A stretch of 28,021 nucleotides of DNA, from positions 1 through 28,021 of IMG/VR virus record IMGVR_UViG_3300032225_001834; one strand, written 5' to 3'. Source of the DNA: a virus (lineage: Duplodnaviria > Caudoviricetes). Positions 1 to 7,526 of the stretch are shown in pieces. A program made the translations under genes and the position numbers. Below the pieces are notes generated by a model. The model did no database searches, had not been told where the DNA came from, and was given only the letters and a program-made list of their open reading frames with translations. Positions within the stretch are counted from its first letter, which is position 1, and every line of letters starts with the position of its first letter.

Positions 1-4
1 CGAA

Positions 5-292
5 ATGCAGGCCGCTAGAGTAGGTTTTGCTAGATTTGCAGAGGAATTAAACGGCGGATACCCGGACCCAAATACGGGTCAAGAGATTGATAGACTCTTT
101 AAGATCGTAGGAGAAATTAAGAAATTAGAGGAGAACAAAGAAGTTCTCCGCATGACTGTGGAGCGTCAAACCTCCGGAGGAGTCATGTCTGCACTATTCG
201 GAGACAGGGCAAATACCCTTAGGGAGTTGCCCAACAATGGCTTAACTGAGGGAGATGCCAGCAGAATAATCAAAGACCAGCTAGAAGGATAG
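5..292 (+). CDS. C-terminal part of a hypothetical phage protein (frame open to the window edge, probably 5'-truncated)
   Basis: Frame is open from base 2 (GAA ATG...) to TAG at 290-292; protein-like sequence in the same orientation as the downstream genes. Confidence 0.75.
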   Translation: MQAARVGFARFAEELNGGYPDPNTGQEIDRLFKIVGEIKKLEENKEVLRMTVERQTSGGVMSALFGDRANTLRELPNNGLTEGDASRIIKDQLEG

Positions 293-331
293 ACCTGATC
301 ATAGCGAGAAGATTTAAGAAACAAGGGGTTT

Positions 332-703
332 ATGGAAACTACGATTATTGATAGCACTTACAGAAGTAACCATGCGTGTAACAACACTAGTGACCACTGC
401 TATGTGTGTTTGGTAGAGCAGCGGGCTACCTCATCTCGTAACTTTGAGAGGTGTGTTGAAGAGGTTTTAAAGATTTATGGAAATGTATGTTATTTATGTC
501 AAAAACCTATTGATTTGGACGCTCCTAGAAGGATTTATGATGGGGAAGGACTTGGACTACAGTTGGACCATGTTCTACCTATATCAAAAGGTGGTAAAGA
601 AGACATATTCAATATACGGCCTACACACTCTATATGTAATTTGTTAAAAAAAGATAAACCGCTTATGACCGTGCCTGATAAATATAAGAAAGAGGATATG
701 TAA
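332..703 (+). CDS. HNH endonuclease (free-standing, homing-like)
   Basis: CYLCQKPID...LDHVLPISKGG...NIRPTHSICN is the CxxC plus DH..P.s.GG...N....h..CN HNH signature. Its stop overlaps the RNR start (TAATG). Confidence 0.9.
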   Translation: METTIIDSTYRSNHACNNTSDHCYVCLVEQRATSSRNFERCVEEVLKIYGNVCYLCQKPIDLDAPRRIYDGEGLGLQLDHVLPISKGGKEDIFNIRPTHSICNLLKKDKPLMTVPDKYKKEDM

Positions 704-2733
704 TGTTTTCGTTTAAGCTAGCAGAAGAATTTGTCAGTGCCTATCGTTCAAAGAAGGTGCCTTGGGGATACCAGGATGCTGCCGGTAACTCTGTAGGTGA
801 GATTACCTTCCTTCGTACCTACTCTCGTCTTAAAGAGGATGGCACCAAGGAGACTTGGGTAGATGTATGTGAGCGTGTTATCAATGGCATGTACTCCCTG
901 CAGAAAGACCACGCTAAAACCCAGCGTCTTCCTTGGTCAGATTCCAAGGCTGCCTCTTCAGCCAAAGAAGCCTTTGACCGACTATTTAACCTAAAGTGGA
1001 CTCCACCAGGACGCGGTCTTTGGATGATGGGTACACCACTTGTCAATCTTCAGAAGAACTCAGCAGCATTGCAGAATTGCTCTTTTGTATCTACAAACGC
1101 TATGACTAAGATTGACCCGGCTAAACCTTTTGCCTTCCTCATGGAAGCATCTATGTTGGGAGTCGGTGTTGGCTTTGATGATAAGGGGGCAGACAAAGAC
1201 TTTACTATCTACCCTTGTCAAGAAGGAGAAGAATATGTCATCCCCGATACCCGAGAAGGCTGGGTTGAATCAGTCTCCGCCCTCATCAATAGCTACCTTA
1301 AACCAGATACGAAGTGCCCTGTATTCGACTACTCGCAAATTCGACCAGCCGGTACTCCGATTAAAACCTTTGGTGGAACCGCCGCAGGAGCAGACCCGTT
1401 AATTAAATTACACAGCCATATAACTAAGATCTTTGGGAATCGTGCAGGTGAAAAACTTACTCGCCGTGACATCGCAGATCTAGGTAACTTGATTGGTGTA
1501 TGTGTGGTTTCTGGAAATGTTCGACGTTCAGCTGAGCTGTTAATTGGCCGTATTGATGACCAAGACTTTCTGAACTTAAAGAATTCAGAGGCGTTCCCAG
1601 AACGTAACTCCTATGATCCAGAGAATCCTGGTTGGGGTTGGATGTCAAACAACTCTGTCGAGGTATCTGTAGGCTCAGACTTAACTCCCATCATTGAGGG
1701 TATTGCCCGCAACGGTGAGCCAGGTGTTCTATGGATGGATGTAACCCGTAAGTACGGTCGTCTTGCAGACCCAGAGAACAACAAGGACTGGCGTGCAGCT
1801 GGGTATAACCCATGTGCTGAACAGTCTCTTGAATCTTTTGAGTGCTGTACTTTGGTTGAGACATATATCAACCGCCATGACAACTTGGATGATTTCAAGC
1901 GCACCTTAAAGTTTGCCTACCTATATGCTAAAACCGTAACGTTGATTCCAACTCACTGGGAGGAGACCAACGCTATCATGCAACGCAACCGTCGCATTGG
2001 TACGTCAATCTCCGGTATCGCAAATTTTGCGGATACAAAGGGTCTCCCTCTTCTTCGTACATGGATGGACGAGGGCTATGCCGTCGTAACTAACTATGAC
2101 AAGAGTTACTCTGAGTGGTTGGGTATTCGTGAGTCTATCAAGATGACAACTGTAAAACCATCAGGGACTGTGTCAATCTTGGCGGGAGAATCTCCAGGAG
2201 TTCACTGGACTCCAGGTGGTAAGTACTTCTTGCGTACTATCCGGTTTGCTAATAATGACCCTATGTTGCCTCTATTTAAGTTGGCTAACTATAGAATCGA
2301 ACCATCAAGTACTGACCCAGATAATACCTCGGTTGTGTACTTCCCAATCAAGTCCGATGCAGAACGTTCTGAAAAGGATGTAAGTATCTATGAGAAGATG
2401 GCGCTTGCCGCTACTGCTCAGCGTTACTGGTCAGATAACTCTGTATCTGTAACTGTATCCTTTGACCCAAAGAAAGAAGCTGACGCTATCGGTACCGTTC
2501 TACATATGTATGACGGTCAATTAAAGACCGTATCATTCCTTGCAATGGATGATACTCTTTACCCCCAAATGCCGTACACACAGAGTACTGCTGAGGAATA
2601 TGAAGAATCCCGAATGACCTTGTTCCCAATTGATTTGACCGGGGTATATGAGGGTATGGCATTTGATGCTGTAGGTGAAGCCTATTGCACCACAGATGCT
2701 TGTGAAGTAAAGCTAATAAGAGATAACGCCTAA
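703..2733 (+). CDS. nrdJ: Class II (adenosylcobalamin-dependent) ribonucleotide reductase, monomeric RTPR type
   Basis: Motifs PPGRGLW, ALQNC, GNVRRSA, NPCAEQ..ECCTLVE, RRIG, TTVKPSGT and the C-terminal redox pair CTTDACE; 676 aa; no intein visible. Confidence 0.95.
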   Translation: MFSFKLAEEFVSAYRSKKVPWGYQDAAGNSVGEITFLRTYSRLKEDGTKETWVDVCERVINGMYSLQKDHAKTQRLPWSDSKAASSAKEAFDRLFNLKWTPPGRGLWMMGTPLVNLQKNSAALQNCSFVSTNAMTKIDPAKPFAFLMEASMLGVGVGFDDKGADKDFTIYPCQEGEEYVIPDTREGWVESVSALINSYLKPDTKCPVFDYSQIRPAGTPIKTFGGTAAGADPLIKLHSHITKIFGNRAGEKLTRRDIADLGNLIGVCVVSGNVRRSAELLIGRIDDQDFLNLKNSEAFPERNSYDPENPGWGWMSNNSVEVSVGSDLTPIIEGIARNGEPGVLWMDVTRKYGRLADPENNKDWRAAGYNPCAEQSLESFECCTLVETYINRHDNLDDFKRTLKFAYLYAKTVTLIPTHWEETNAIMQRNRRIGTSISGIANFADTKGLPLLRTWMDEGYAVVTNYDKSYSEWLGIRESIKMTTVKPSGTVSILAGESPGVHWTPGGKYFLRTIRFANNDPMLPLFKLANYRIEPSSTDPDNTSVVYFPIKSDAERSEKDVSIYEKMALAATAQRYWSDNSVSVTVSFDPKKEADAIGTVLHMYDGQLKTVSFLAMDDTLYPQMPYTQSTAEEYEESRMTLFPIDLTGVYEGMAFDAVGEAYCTTDACEVKLIRDNA

Positions 2734-2742
2734 GGAGAAAAC

Positions 2743-2889
2743 ATGTCAGACGAACTAAACCCAGACCTATTCGACGAAGACTTCGAAGAAGACTTTGAAG
2801 ATGGCCTAGATGATCTAGACCTTGATGAAGAAGATCTAGAAGACCTCGAAGCAGAGCTTGCAGATGAAGAGCCTGTAGACGAGGCCTAA
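2743..2889 (+). CDS. Hyper-acidic 48-aa microprotein (not in the ORF track)
   Basis: RBS AAGGAG at 2732-2737, then MSDELNPDLFDEDFEEDFEDGLDDLDLDEEDLEDLEAELADEEPVDEA*; 27 of 48 residues are D/E and there is no K/R/H. Confidence 0.8.
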   Translation: MSDELNPDLFDEDFEEDFEDGLDDLDLDEEDLEDLEAELADEEPVDEA

Positions 2890-2896
2890 AAAACGG

Positions 2897-2908
2897 CCAA
2901 CACAAACA
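2897..2908 (+). repeat. CCAACACAAACA motif, copy 1 (the only + strand copy)
   Basis: Exact 12-mer, 7 nt after the stop of the + strand acidic ORF and directly before the terminator. Confidence 0.9.
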
Positions 2909-2945
2909 AAAGGCCCCCGACTCAATTAAGAGCCGAGGGCCTTTT
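2908..2945. terminator. Bidirectional intrinsic terminator between convergent blocks
   Basis: AAAAGGCCC-CCGACTC-AATTAA-GAGCCGA-GGGCCTTTT: a stem with A and T tails, lying between + and - strand genes. Confidence 0.8.
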
Positions 2946-2956
2946 GCTTGTCCTAA

Positions 2957-3166
2957 TTAACTAGCTAACACACGCCCTGAGTTATCGGTTAACTCAAAGT
3001 ACTGAGTGTCAGAGTCTTCTATGTCTTCATAGCTATCTAACTCATCAGGATATGTATCACCAGCTAGCAGCTGCTCATATATATCCTTAGCATCCTCTGC
3101 GTTATCCGCATCGAATATTAGTGTGCCATTCTTTTGTACACTGAACATTACTCTGAACTTTGCCAT
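2957..3166 (-). CDS. Small acidic hypothetical protein (DpnD/PcfM-like pattern)
   Basis: RBS GGAGGAG; MAKFRVMFSV...FDADNAEDAKDI resembles the K-Y/F-x-V...EA.s.EeA pattern. Confidence 0.7.
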   Translation of the reverse strand: MAKFRVMFSVQKNGTLIFDADNAEDAKDIYEQLLAGDTYPDELDSYEDIEDSDTQYFELTDNSGRVLAS

Positions 3167-3304
3167 TTATACATCTCCTCCGCAGCTGCAATGACCGCAA
3201 CCACATTGTTTTGTTTCTAGTAGCGATAGTTGTTCACTTTCTTTTACTTCTTTTACTATATCGTTTACTGTCTTAAACGGCTGGACTGTTTCCATATCCA
3301 TCAT
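3167..3304 (-). CDS. 45-aa microprotein with a C-terminal Cys cluster CGCGHCSC (not in the ORF track)
   Basis: MMDMETVQPFKTVNDIVKEVKESEQLSLLETKQCGCGHCSCGGDV*; start overlaps the upstream stop (ATGA) and the stop abuts the next ATG. Confidence 0.7.
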   Translation of the reverse strand: MMDMETVQPFKTVNDIVKEVKESEQLSLLETKQCGCGHCSCGGDV

Positions 3305-3588
3305 GCGTCAGCCTTCCAACTTAGCTCACCTGCTAGGTGTGTAGGCTTTCCAGCATCATTTGTTGCCCCGATTACCATCTTGATTGATTTACGTGGGGTG
3401 TTATCAATCACGTACTGCTTTAGGTAACGCTTAGCTGCTGATGGATTAGCCCAAGCAGAATGTACCCCTGGACCATCAGATATAGCGCCACTAACACCCT
3501 CAGTAATAGTTAGGAGCCATGCTCCACCTTTTTCTACTGATGTGTTCTTGGTTAGTGCTGCATTTAGTGTTTTTGTTATTTTAGCCAT
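3301..3588 (-). CDS. Hypothetical protein
   Basis: RBS AGGGAGA, 95-aa ORF packed tightly in the leftward operon. Confidence 0.8.
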   Translation of the reverse strand: MAKITKTLNAALTKNTSVEKGGAWLLTITEGVSGAISDGPGVHSAWANPSAAKRYLKQYVIDNTPRKSIKMVIGATNDAGKPTHLAGELSWKADA

Positions 3589-3598
3589 TTGTTTCTCC

Positions 3599-3835
3599 CT
3601 ATAGCTTTATGTTTTCGTTGAACCCAACCTTTTTAAGATCTCGCAAGATATTCTTGCCAGCTCTCCTATCTCCCAAAGATTGTGGACCAAAGAAGACCAC
3701 CTTTTTTGTCTCTGGATTTACTACCTTTATATGGTGTTTACCTGGAGTACTACTGACTTCTAAGCCAGCTATCTCTAGCGCATCTACCAGTTTTCTTATT
3801 TCTTTAGTTTTTATTGGAAACGATGCAAATAGCAT
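3599..3835 (-). CDS. HicA-like toxin (dsRBD-like fold mRNA interferase), no adjacent antitoxin
   Basis: KEIRKLVDALEIAGLEV...GKHHIKV..P....V......D.R..KN...DLKKVG matches the actinophage HicA-like pattern, including the conserved His. Confidence 0.7.
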   Translation of the reverse strand: MLFASFPIKTKEIRKLVDALEIAGLEVSSTPGKHHIKVVNPETKKVVFFGPQSLGDRRAGKNILRDLKKVGFNENIKL

Positions 3836-3864
3836 TTCATCTATTTCCCCTTTCTTGCTGTAGA

Positions 3865-3934
3865 CTTAAGGATGTAAGCTCTCAAAGAACAGAGTTCACA
3901 CCCTCAAGGCCCCGGGATTGCGCCCCGGGGCTTT
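3865..3934 (-). other. Two adjacent intergenic RNA hairpins (18-bp imperfect stem plus a GC-rich 11-bp stem)
   Basis: Minus strand CTTGAGGGTGTGAACTCT/AGAGCTTACATCCTTAAG pairs with 3 G-U and 1 mismatch (3865-3908); AAAGCCCCGGG/CCCGGGGCCTT (3906-3934). Confidence 0.7.
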
Positions 3935-4130
3935 ATAGTTCTTCGATATTTTCCATGTATGCTTCTTCACCAGGTCTGTTGATATGTTTAACACTAACCC
4001 ATTCGCCAAGATTTCTGTCGTAGACTTTCAAACTCCACTCTCTGTTAGCTGGATCACTTTGATCATCTATTCTCCATTTCTTGAGCTTGACTCTGAACGT
4101 AACACGTAGGTCATATAGGTCTTTGTCCAT
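3933..4130 (-). CDS. Hypothetical protein
   Basis: RBS AAGGGGG, 65-aa ORF. Confidence 0.75.
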   Translation of the reverse strand: MDKDLYDLRVTFRVKLKKWRIDDQSDPANREWSLKVYDRNLGEWVSVKHINRPGEEAYMENIEEL

Positions 4131-4165
4131 GTATCCCCCTTCTCTCTATTCCATTCTAGCGGGAT

Positions 4166-4177
4166 TGTTTGTGTTGG
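4166..4177 (-). repeat. CCAACACAAACA motif, copy 2
   Basis: Exact 12-mer, 1 nt after the TGA stop at 4179-4181. Confidence 0.9.
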
Positions 4178-4178
4178 G

Positions 4179-4373
4179 TCAAATCTCTTCATCGCTATCG
4201 TTGTAGATATCTCCGAGCTCTGTCCAACCAGCTAGTTCATCTTCCTTCCATAGGTGAGACTCATCATTGGTTATGGTTTCCTCAGCCATGGCTTCTGCTT
4301 CTTGCTTGCTTTGTGCTTCAACCATGTAGTCATAGATTTTATGCTCATGGATTGTTACTTTATAGACTGACAT
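4179..4373 (-). CDS. Small acidic DpnD/PcfM-like protein
   Basis: MSVYKVTIHEHKIYDYMVEAQSKQEAEAMAEE; start placed at 4373 from RBS (GGAGA) spacing. Confidence 0.7.
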   Translation of the reverse strand: MSVYKVTIHEHKIYDYMVEAQSKQEAEAMAEETITNDESHLWKEDELAGWTELGDIYNDSDEEI

Positions 4374-4842
4374 ACTGTAGATCTCCATTCTCCTTGATGG
4401 TTGTTGCCCCTTCTGATCCGTAACATGCCTCGATTATTTTAGGATCAAGTTCGTTACGCATTGTCTTGAACTGGTCAACTGGCCATCCTGCATTAAATAC
4501 TCGTAGCAATAACTGTGCTAATGAGTAATCTTTATCCAGGCGTAGTGCATAGTTCAAGAGCATTGTTGATTTTTCTGTGTCATCTAGCTCATAGTAGTAA
4601 AGAGCTTGTAACGTTACAAATGGCACTAGATCTTCAGATGGAGCATGAACACACATATACTGCATGAACTTGATCCCCTCATCTAGTGACCATCTGAGTG
4701 GTAGACCCATAAGCCAGTCACGCACTTGTAGGTCTGAGTTAACGGCAAGAATAACTGCTTCCAGTTTTTCACCAGTTAACTCGATGTCATTGTTAAGTGA
4801 CTCTGTGATTAGTTCACAGGCTTGCTTGCGTGTTACTATCAT
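4360..4842 (-). CDS. DUF4192-like protein
   Basis: DLQVRDWLMG...AP....P..TL.A...Y........L..AL..D.DYSLAQLL......GWP resembles the actinobacterial DUF4192 C-terminal region; start MIVTRK at 4842 follows AAGGAAAAG. Confidence 0.65.
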   Translation of the reverse strand: MIVTRKQACELITESLNNDIELTGEKLEAVILAVNSDLQVRDWLMGLPLRWSLDEGIKFMQYMCVHAPSEDLVPFVTLQALYYYELDDTEKSTMLLNYALRLDKDYSLAQLLLRVFNAGWPVDQFKTMRNELDPKIIEACYGSEGATTIKENGDLQYVSL

Positions 4843-5302
4843 TTTTCTTTTCCTTTTTCTCAACTGAACGGAAGGTACCGTCTGGTGTAGGCCATCGGTA
4901 TGGCAGATCGTCTGGCACATCGAAACTGTAATAATCAGGATCTTTGCGCTTTAGATTAGATTTGTGGGAGCGATGGAACTGGCGTTTACCCCACCACCAC
5001 GGTCTCTCAAACGATTTGTCTGAGAAACTGTTTTTCTTCCACATCTCAATGATTTGGGCACGAACGTTATCTTCATACCCACGTTCTTCCCATTCGTTGC
5101 ACATAGCGAGTGTGTACTCCGCAAGAGCACCCTCATGACCTCGCCACATTACTGCTGCTGGGTGATTGCGCCATCCTTTAGTTAGACCTAAGTTAGCCCT
5201 GAGTATTTGCAACGCTTCAACACGTTGCTTACCCAGTCTCTTATTGTCTAAGGACTTAGCTGTTTTCTGTTCATCTGGCCAAGGTAGAAATGTATTAACC
5301 AT
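4814..5302 (-). CDS. Pyrimidine-dimer DNA glycosylase/endonuclease V-like protein (MSMEG_6728 family)
   Basis: TFLP......A..LD.KRLGKQRVEALQIL....GW.NHPA..MWRG.E.AL..Y..A.C.EW..RG..D and H.SH.SNL.RKDP.YY. Confidence 0.85.
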   Translation of the reverse strand: MVNTFLPWPDEQKTAKSLDNKRLGKQRVEALQILRANLGLTKGWRNHPAAVMWRGHEGALAEYTLAMCNEWEERGYEDNVRAQIIEMWKKNSFSDKSFERPWWWGKRQFHRSHKSNLKRKDPDYYSFDVPDDLPYRWPTPDGTFRSVEKKEKKNDSNTQASL

Positions 5303-5454
5303 CAGTCCTCCAATAGCATTGGTATCAAGTCCTCTGCTTTATGTTTGATTAACAGGTTGCGTACAGTTTCTTTATTTGCAGCATAGAGATCATCTTCTCG
5401 TTGCTTGAGCATTTCAGCCATCCATGTAGCGGGGTCAGTTTGTCGTAGACTCAT
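5302..5454 (-). CDS. 50-aa hypothetical microprotein (not in the ORF track)
   Basis: MSLRQTDPATWMAEMLKQREDDLYAANKETVRNLLIKHKAEDLIPMLLED*; ATGA and TGATG overlaps on its two ends. Confidence 0.75.
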   Translation of the reverse strand: MSLRQTDPATWMAEMLKQREDDLYAANKETVRNLLIKHKAEDLIPMLLED

Positions 5455-5642
5455 ACTAATGCTGACATTGTGATTTGATTATCTTGTGCCCATTCTTCTG
5501 GTTCAGAAATAGCTTCGATGGTTAGGTTAGCCCCACCATCTGCAATTTCATCTGATGCATACAAAAGCCACATTTGTGCGCTTTCGTAATCGTTGAAGGG
5601 ACCTATCAAAGTCTCAGTGAGACTATCGAATATGACGTGCAT
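5451..5642 (-). CDS. Small acidic hypothetical protein
   Basis: RBS AAGGAGAG; has the GPF..Y..A..W pattern common in small phage proteins. Confidence 0.75.
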   Translation of the reverse strand: MHVIFDSLTETLIGPFNDYESAQMWLLYASDEIADGGANLTIEAISEPEEWAQDNQITMSALV

Positions 5643-5653
5643 TTGCTCTCCTT

Positions 5654-5665
5654 TGTTTGTGTTGG
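5654..5665 (-). repeat. CCAACACAAACA motif, copy 3
   Basis: Exact 12-mer, 1 nt after the vWA gene's TAG and directly before the next RBS. Confidence 0.9.
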
Positions 5666-5666
5666 A

Positions 5667-7517
5667 CTAGCGTCCACGCTTTTTGATTGCACTCATTACT
5701 ACAGATTTAGCGAATGGGAGAAGATCACGAGCCGTTTTAATTCGACCATAGACTTCAGCACCATGACGCCAGCTCTTTTCTTCCATACCGCGATCTTCGT
5801 AGAACTGCATATCCCTGTCATCCATGATTAGAGTCATGACTGTTAGGATTCCACGTTTTGAGATACGTTCAATAACCTCATCGTTTTTCTGAGCATCAAA
5901 CGCACCGTCGGTAATCATGAACAACATCTTATTCTTCTTACGAGAAGCCATCAGAAGTTGTTCGGCAGCAAGCAATGTGGAGTATGGATTAGTTCCACCA
6001 TTGCCATAGATGAACTTGTAACGTGTTCTGTCTGCAAGTTCGTTACGACCATAAGCTAGTTCAGCTTTATCATCGAATGCATAGACTGTAACCGGTGCAC
6101 CAATTTGTTCTAGAGCACGTTTAATAGTCCAGCATGCAACTGATGCGTGCATATCGTTACGTCCACTAGCCATAGAGCCAGATCTATCCACCATGATTAC
6201 GGCTTCAACATCGGCACCATCACTGCCTTCATCCCAACGGTCAAAGGCTTGATCAATCTCACAGCCTCTGACAGCACGCATTACATTGAGCTTACCGCTA
6301 GCTTCTTCACGATGCCACATCGGTTCACATTCATCACGCAAGCGTTCTAGCTCACGTGCAAATTTACGATATAGCACCATAGATTCAGCAGGCACGGTAG
6401 TTTTGTCAAACCTACCTTGCTTCAATGTATCTTCGTGTTTACCATCACCACCTACAATAACTTTCTGCTTCGTCTTAATATCCTGCTGAACGTCTTTACG
6501 TTCTAGCACTGTCTGGATAGCATCCTCAAGCATTTCTTGTACGTTGTCTGGTATACCACCAACACTTTCTACATGGCCTTCACCAGCTTGCATACCGCTT
6601 GGTTTATCACCTTGTTCAGCTTGCAGTTCTTCTCTAAGTGCTAAAGCCTCTTGAGCTGTTTTTGGTTGCGGTGGTTTGTTTGTGTTGGAGGTTGGATTAG
6701 GTTTAGCCTGCACACTTGTAGACTCTGCCTTGCCCATACCACCAGCACGTTGTGCATCCTTCTCCTGGGCTTTACCAGGTTCGGGACGACCTTTACCTAC
6801 TGGGTCACGAGAACTACAACCGTTAGGACCTTGAGGCATCTTAGGAAGATTAAGCTTCCGCAATACCTCATCGTTCCAACGCTTGATTAGTTCTTGAGCT
6901 TTGTCATAATCACGTGGAAATGCCAACACACGATATTGATCTACAATATCTGCGATGGTTGGTATCAAACTAGGTTCAGCAAACATATCTCTGAACGCTT
7001 GTCTGATTTCTATTGGTAGATATCTACGACCACGCACAAGCATATAGTTACCTATACCTTCTTCTGGCGTGTTAGACAACCACCTAGCAATTGTGGCTGT
7101 TAGATACGGTGCAATAGATGGATAGCGAGCAATTAACAAAGTCTCGATACGCTGGTCTTCCAGCATATTGGCTGACTCCATGTAGTCATTCTCTACCACC
7201 CACTTCATGAACGTTGTTCCACGACGTGGCGTATACAAGTGATGAGCAAGCTCGTGATAGTTGAGGCCAGTGACTTGAGTTAGTGTCTCAAGATCCATGT
7301 CCTCAATCTCATTAGCATTAAAGGTAATAGAAGCACCGTCAGACCAGGCTGGTGCTGGACCATCTTCCACTACGTTAATGATGACCGGATCTCCAGAGAG
7401 AACACGATCAGCTTGTTCATACACACGGCAAAGAGCGTTGAGTCGCACAGATCTTAACTGTGTTTCTTCATCTCTCTCTTGTCTGTACCACTGTTCATCT
7501 AGGTCTTCTTGAAACAT
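5667..7517 (-). CDS. Metallopeptidase-like (HExxH) plus von Willebrand factor A domain protein (CobT-like MoxR partner)
   Basis: N-terminal YHELAHH...N.LEDQRIE, low-complexity linker, SGKLN, MIDAS motif VDRSGSM, GGT and ITDG. Confidence 0.9.
   Translation of the reverse strand: MFQEDLDEQWYRQERDEETQLRSVRLNALCRVYEQADRVLSGDPVIINVVEDGPAPAWSDGASITFNANEIEDMDLETLTQVTGLNYHELAHHLYTPRRGTTFMKWVVENDYMESANMLEDQRIETLLIARYPSIAPYLTATIARWLSNTPEEGIGNYMLVRGRRYLPIEIRQAFRDMFAEPSLIPTIADIVDQYRVLAFPRDYDKAQELIKRWNDEVLRKLNLPKMPQGPNGCSSRDPVGKGRPEPGKAQEKDAQRAGGMGKAESTSVQAKPNPTSNTNKPPQPKTAQEALALREELQAEQGDKPSGMQAGEGHVESVGGIPDNVQEMLEDAIQTVLERKDVQQDIKTKQKVIVGGDGKHEDTLKQGRFDKTTVPAESMVLYRKFARELERLRDECEPMWHREEASGKLNVMRAVRGCEIDQAFDRWDEGSDGADVEAVIMVDRSGSMASGRNDMHASVACWTIKRALEQIGAPVTVYAFDDKAELAYGRNELADRTRYKFIYGNGGTNPYSTLLAAEQLLMASRKKNKMLFMITDGAFDAQKNDEVIERISKRGILTVMTLIMDDRDMQFYEDRGMEEKSWRHGAEVYGRIKTARDLLPFAKSVVMSAIKKRGR
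6677..6688 (-). repeat. CCAACACAAACA motif, copy 4 (intragenic)
   Basis: Exact 12-mer in the vWA linker, read as S-N-T-N-K. Confidence 0.9.
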
Positions 7518-7526
7518 ATATTCTCC

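Noticed and set aside
703-2733. Intein or intron in nrdJ (also checked in terL)
   Set aside because: Both ORFs are of ordinary length with contiguous motifs and no C/S...HN splice signature.
2486-2905. 139-aa Leu-rich minus-strand ORF
   Set aside because: Antisense shadow of nrdJ and of the GAA/GAC-rich acidic ORF.
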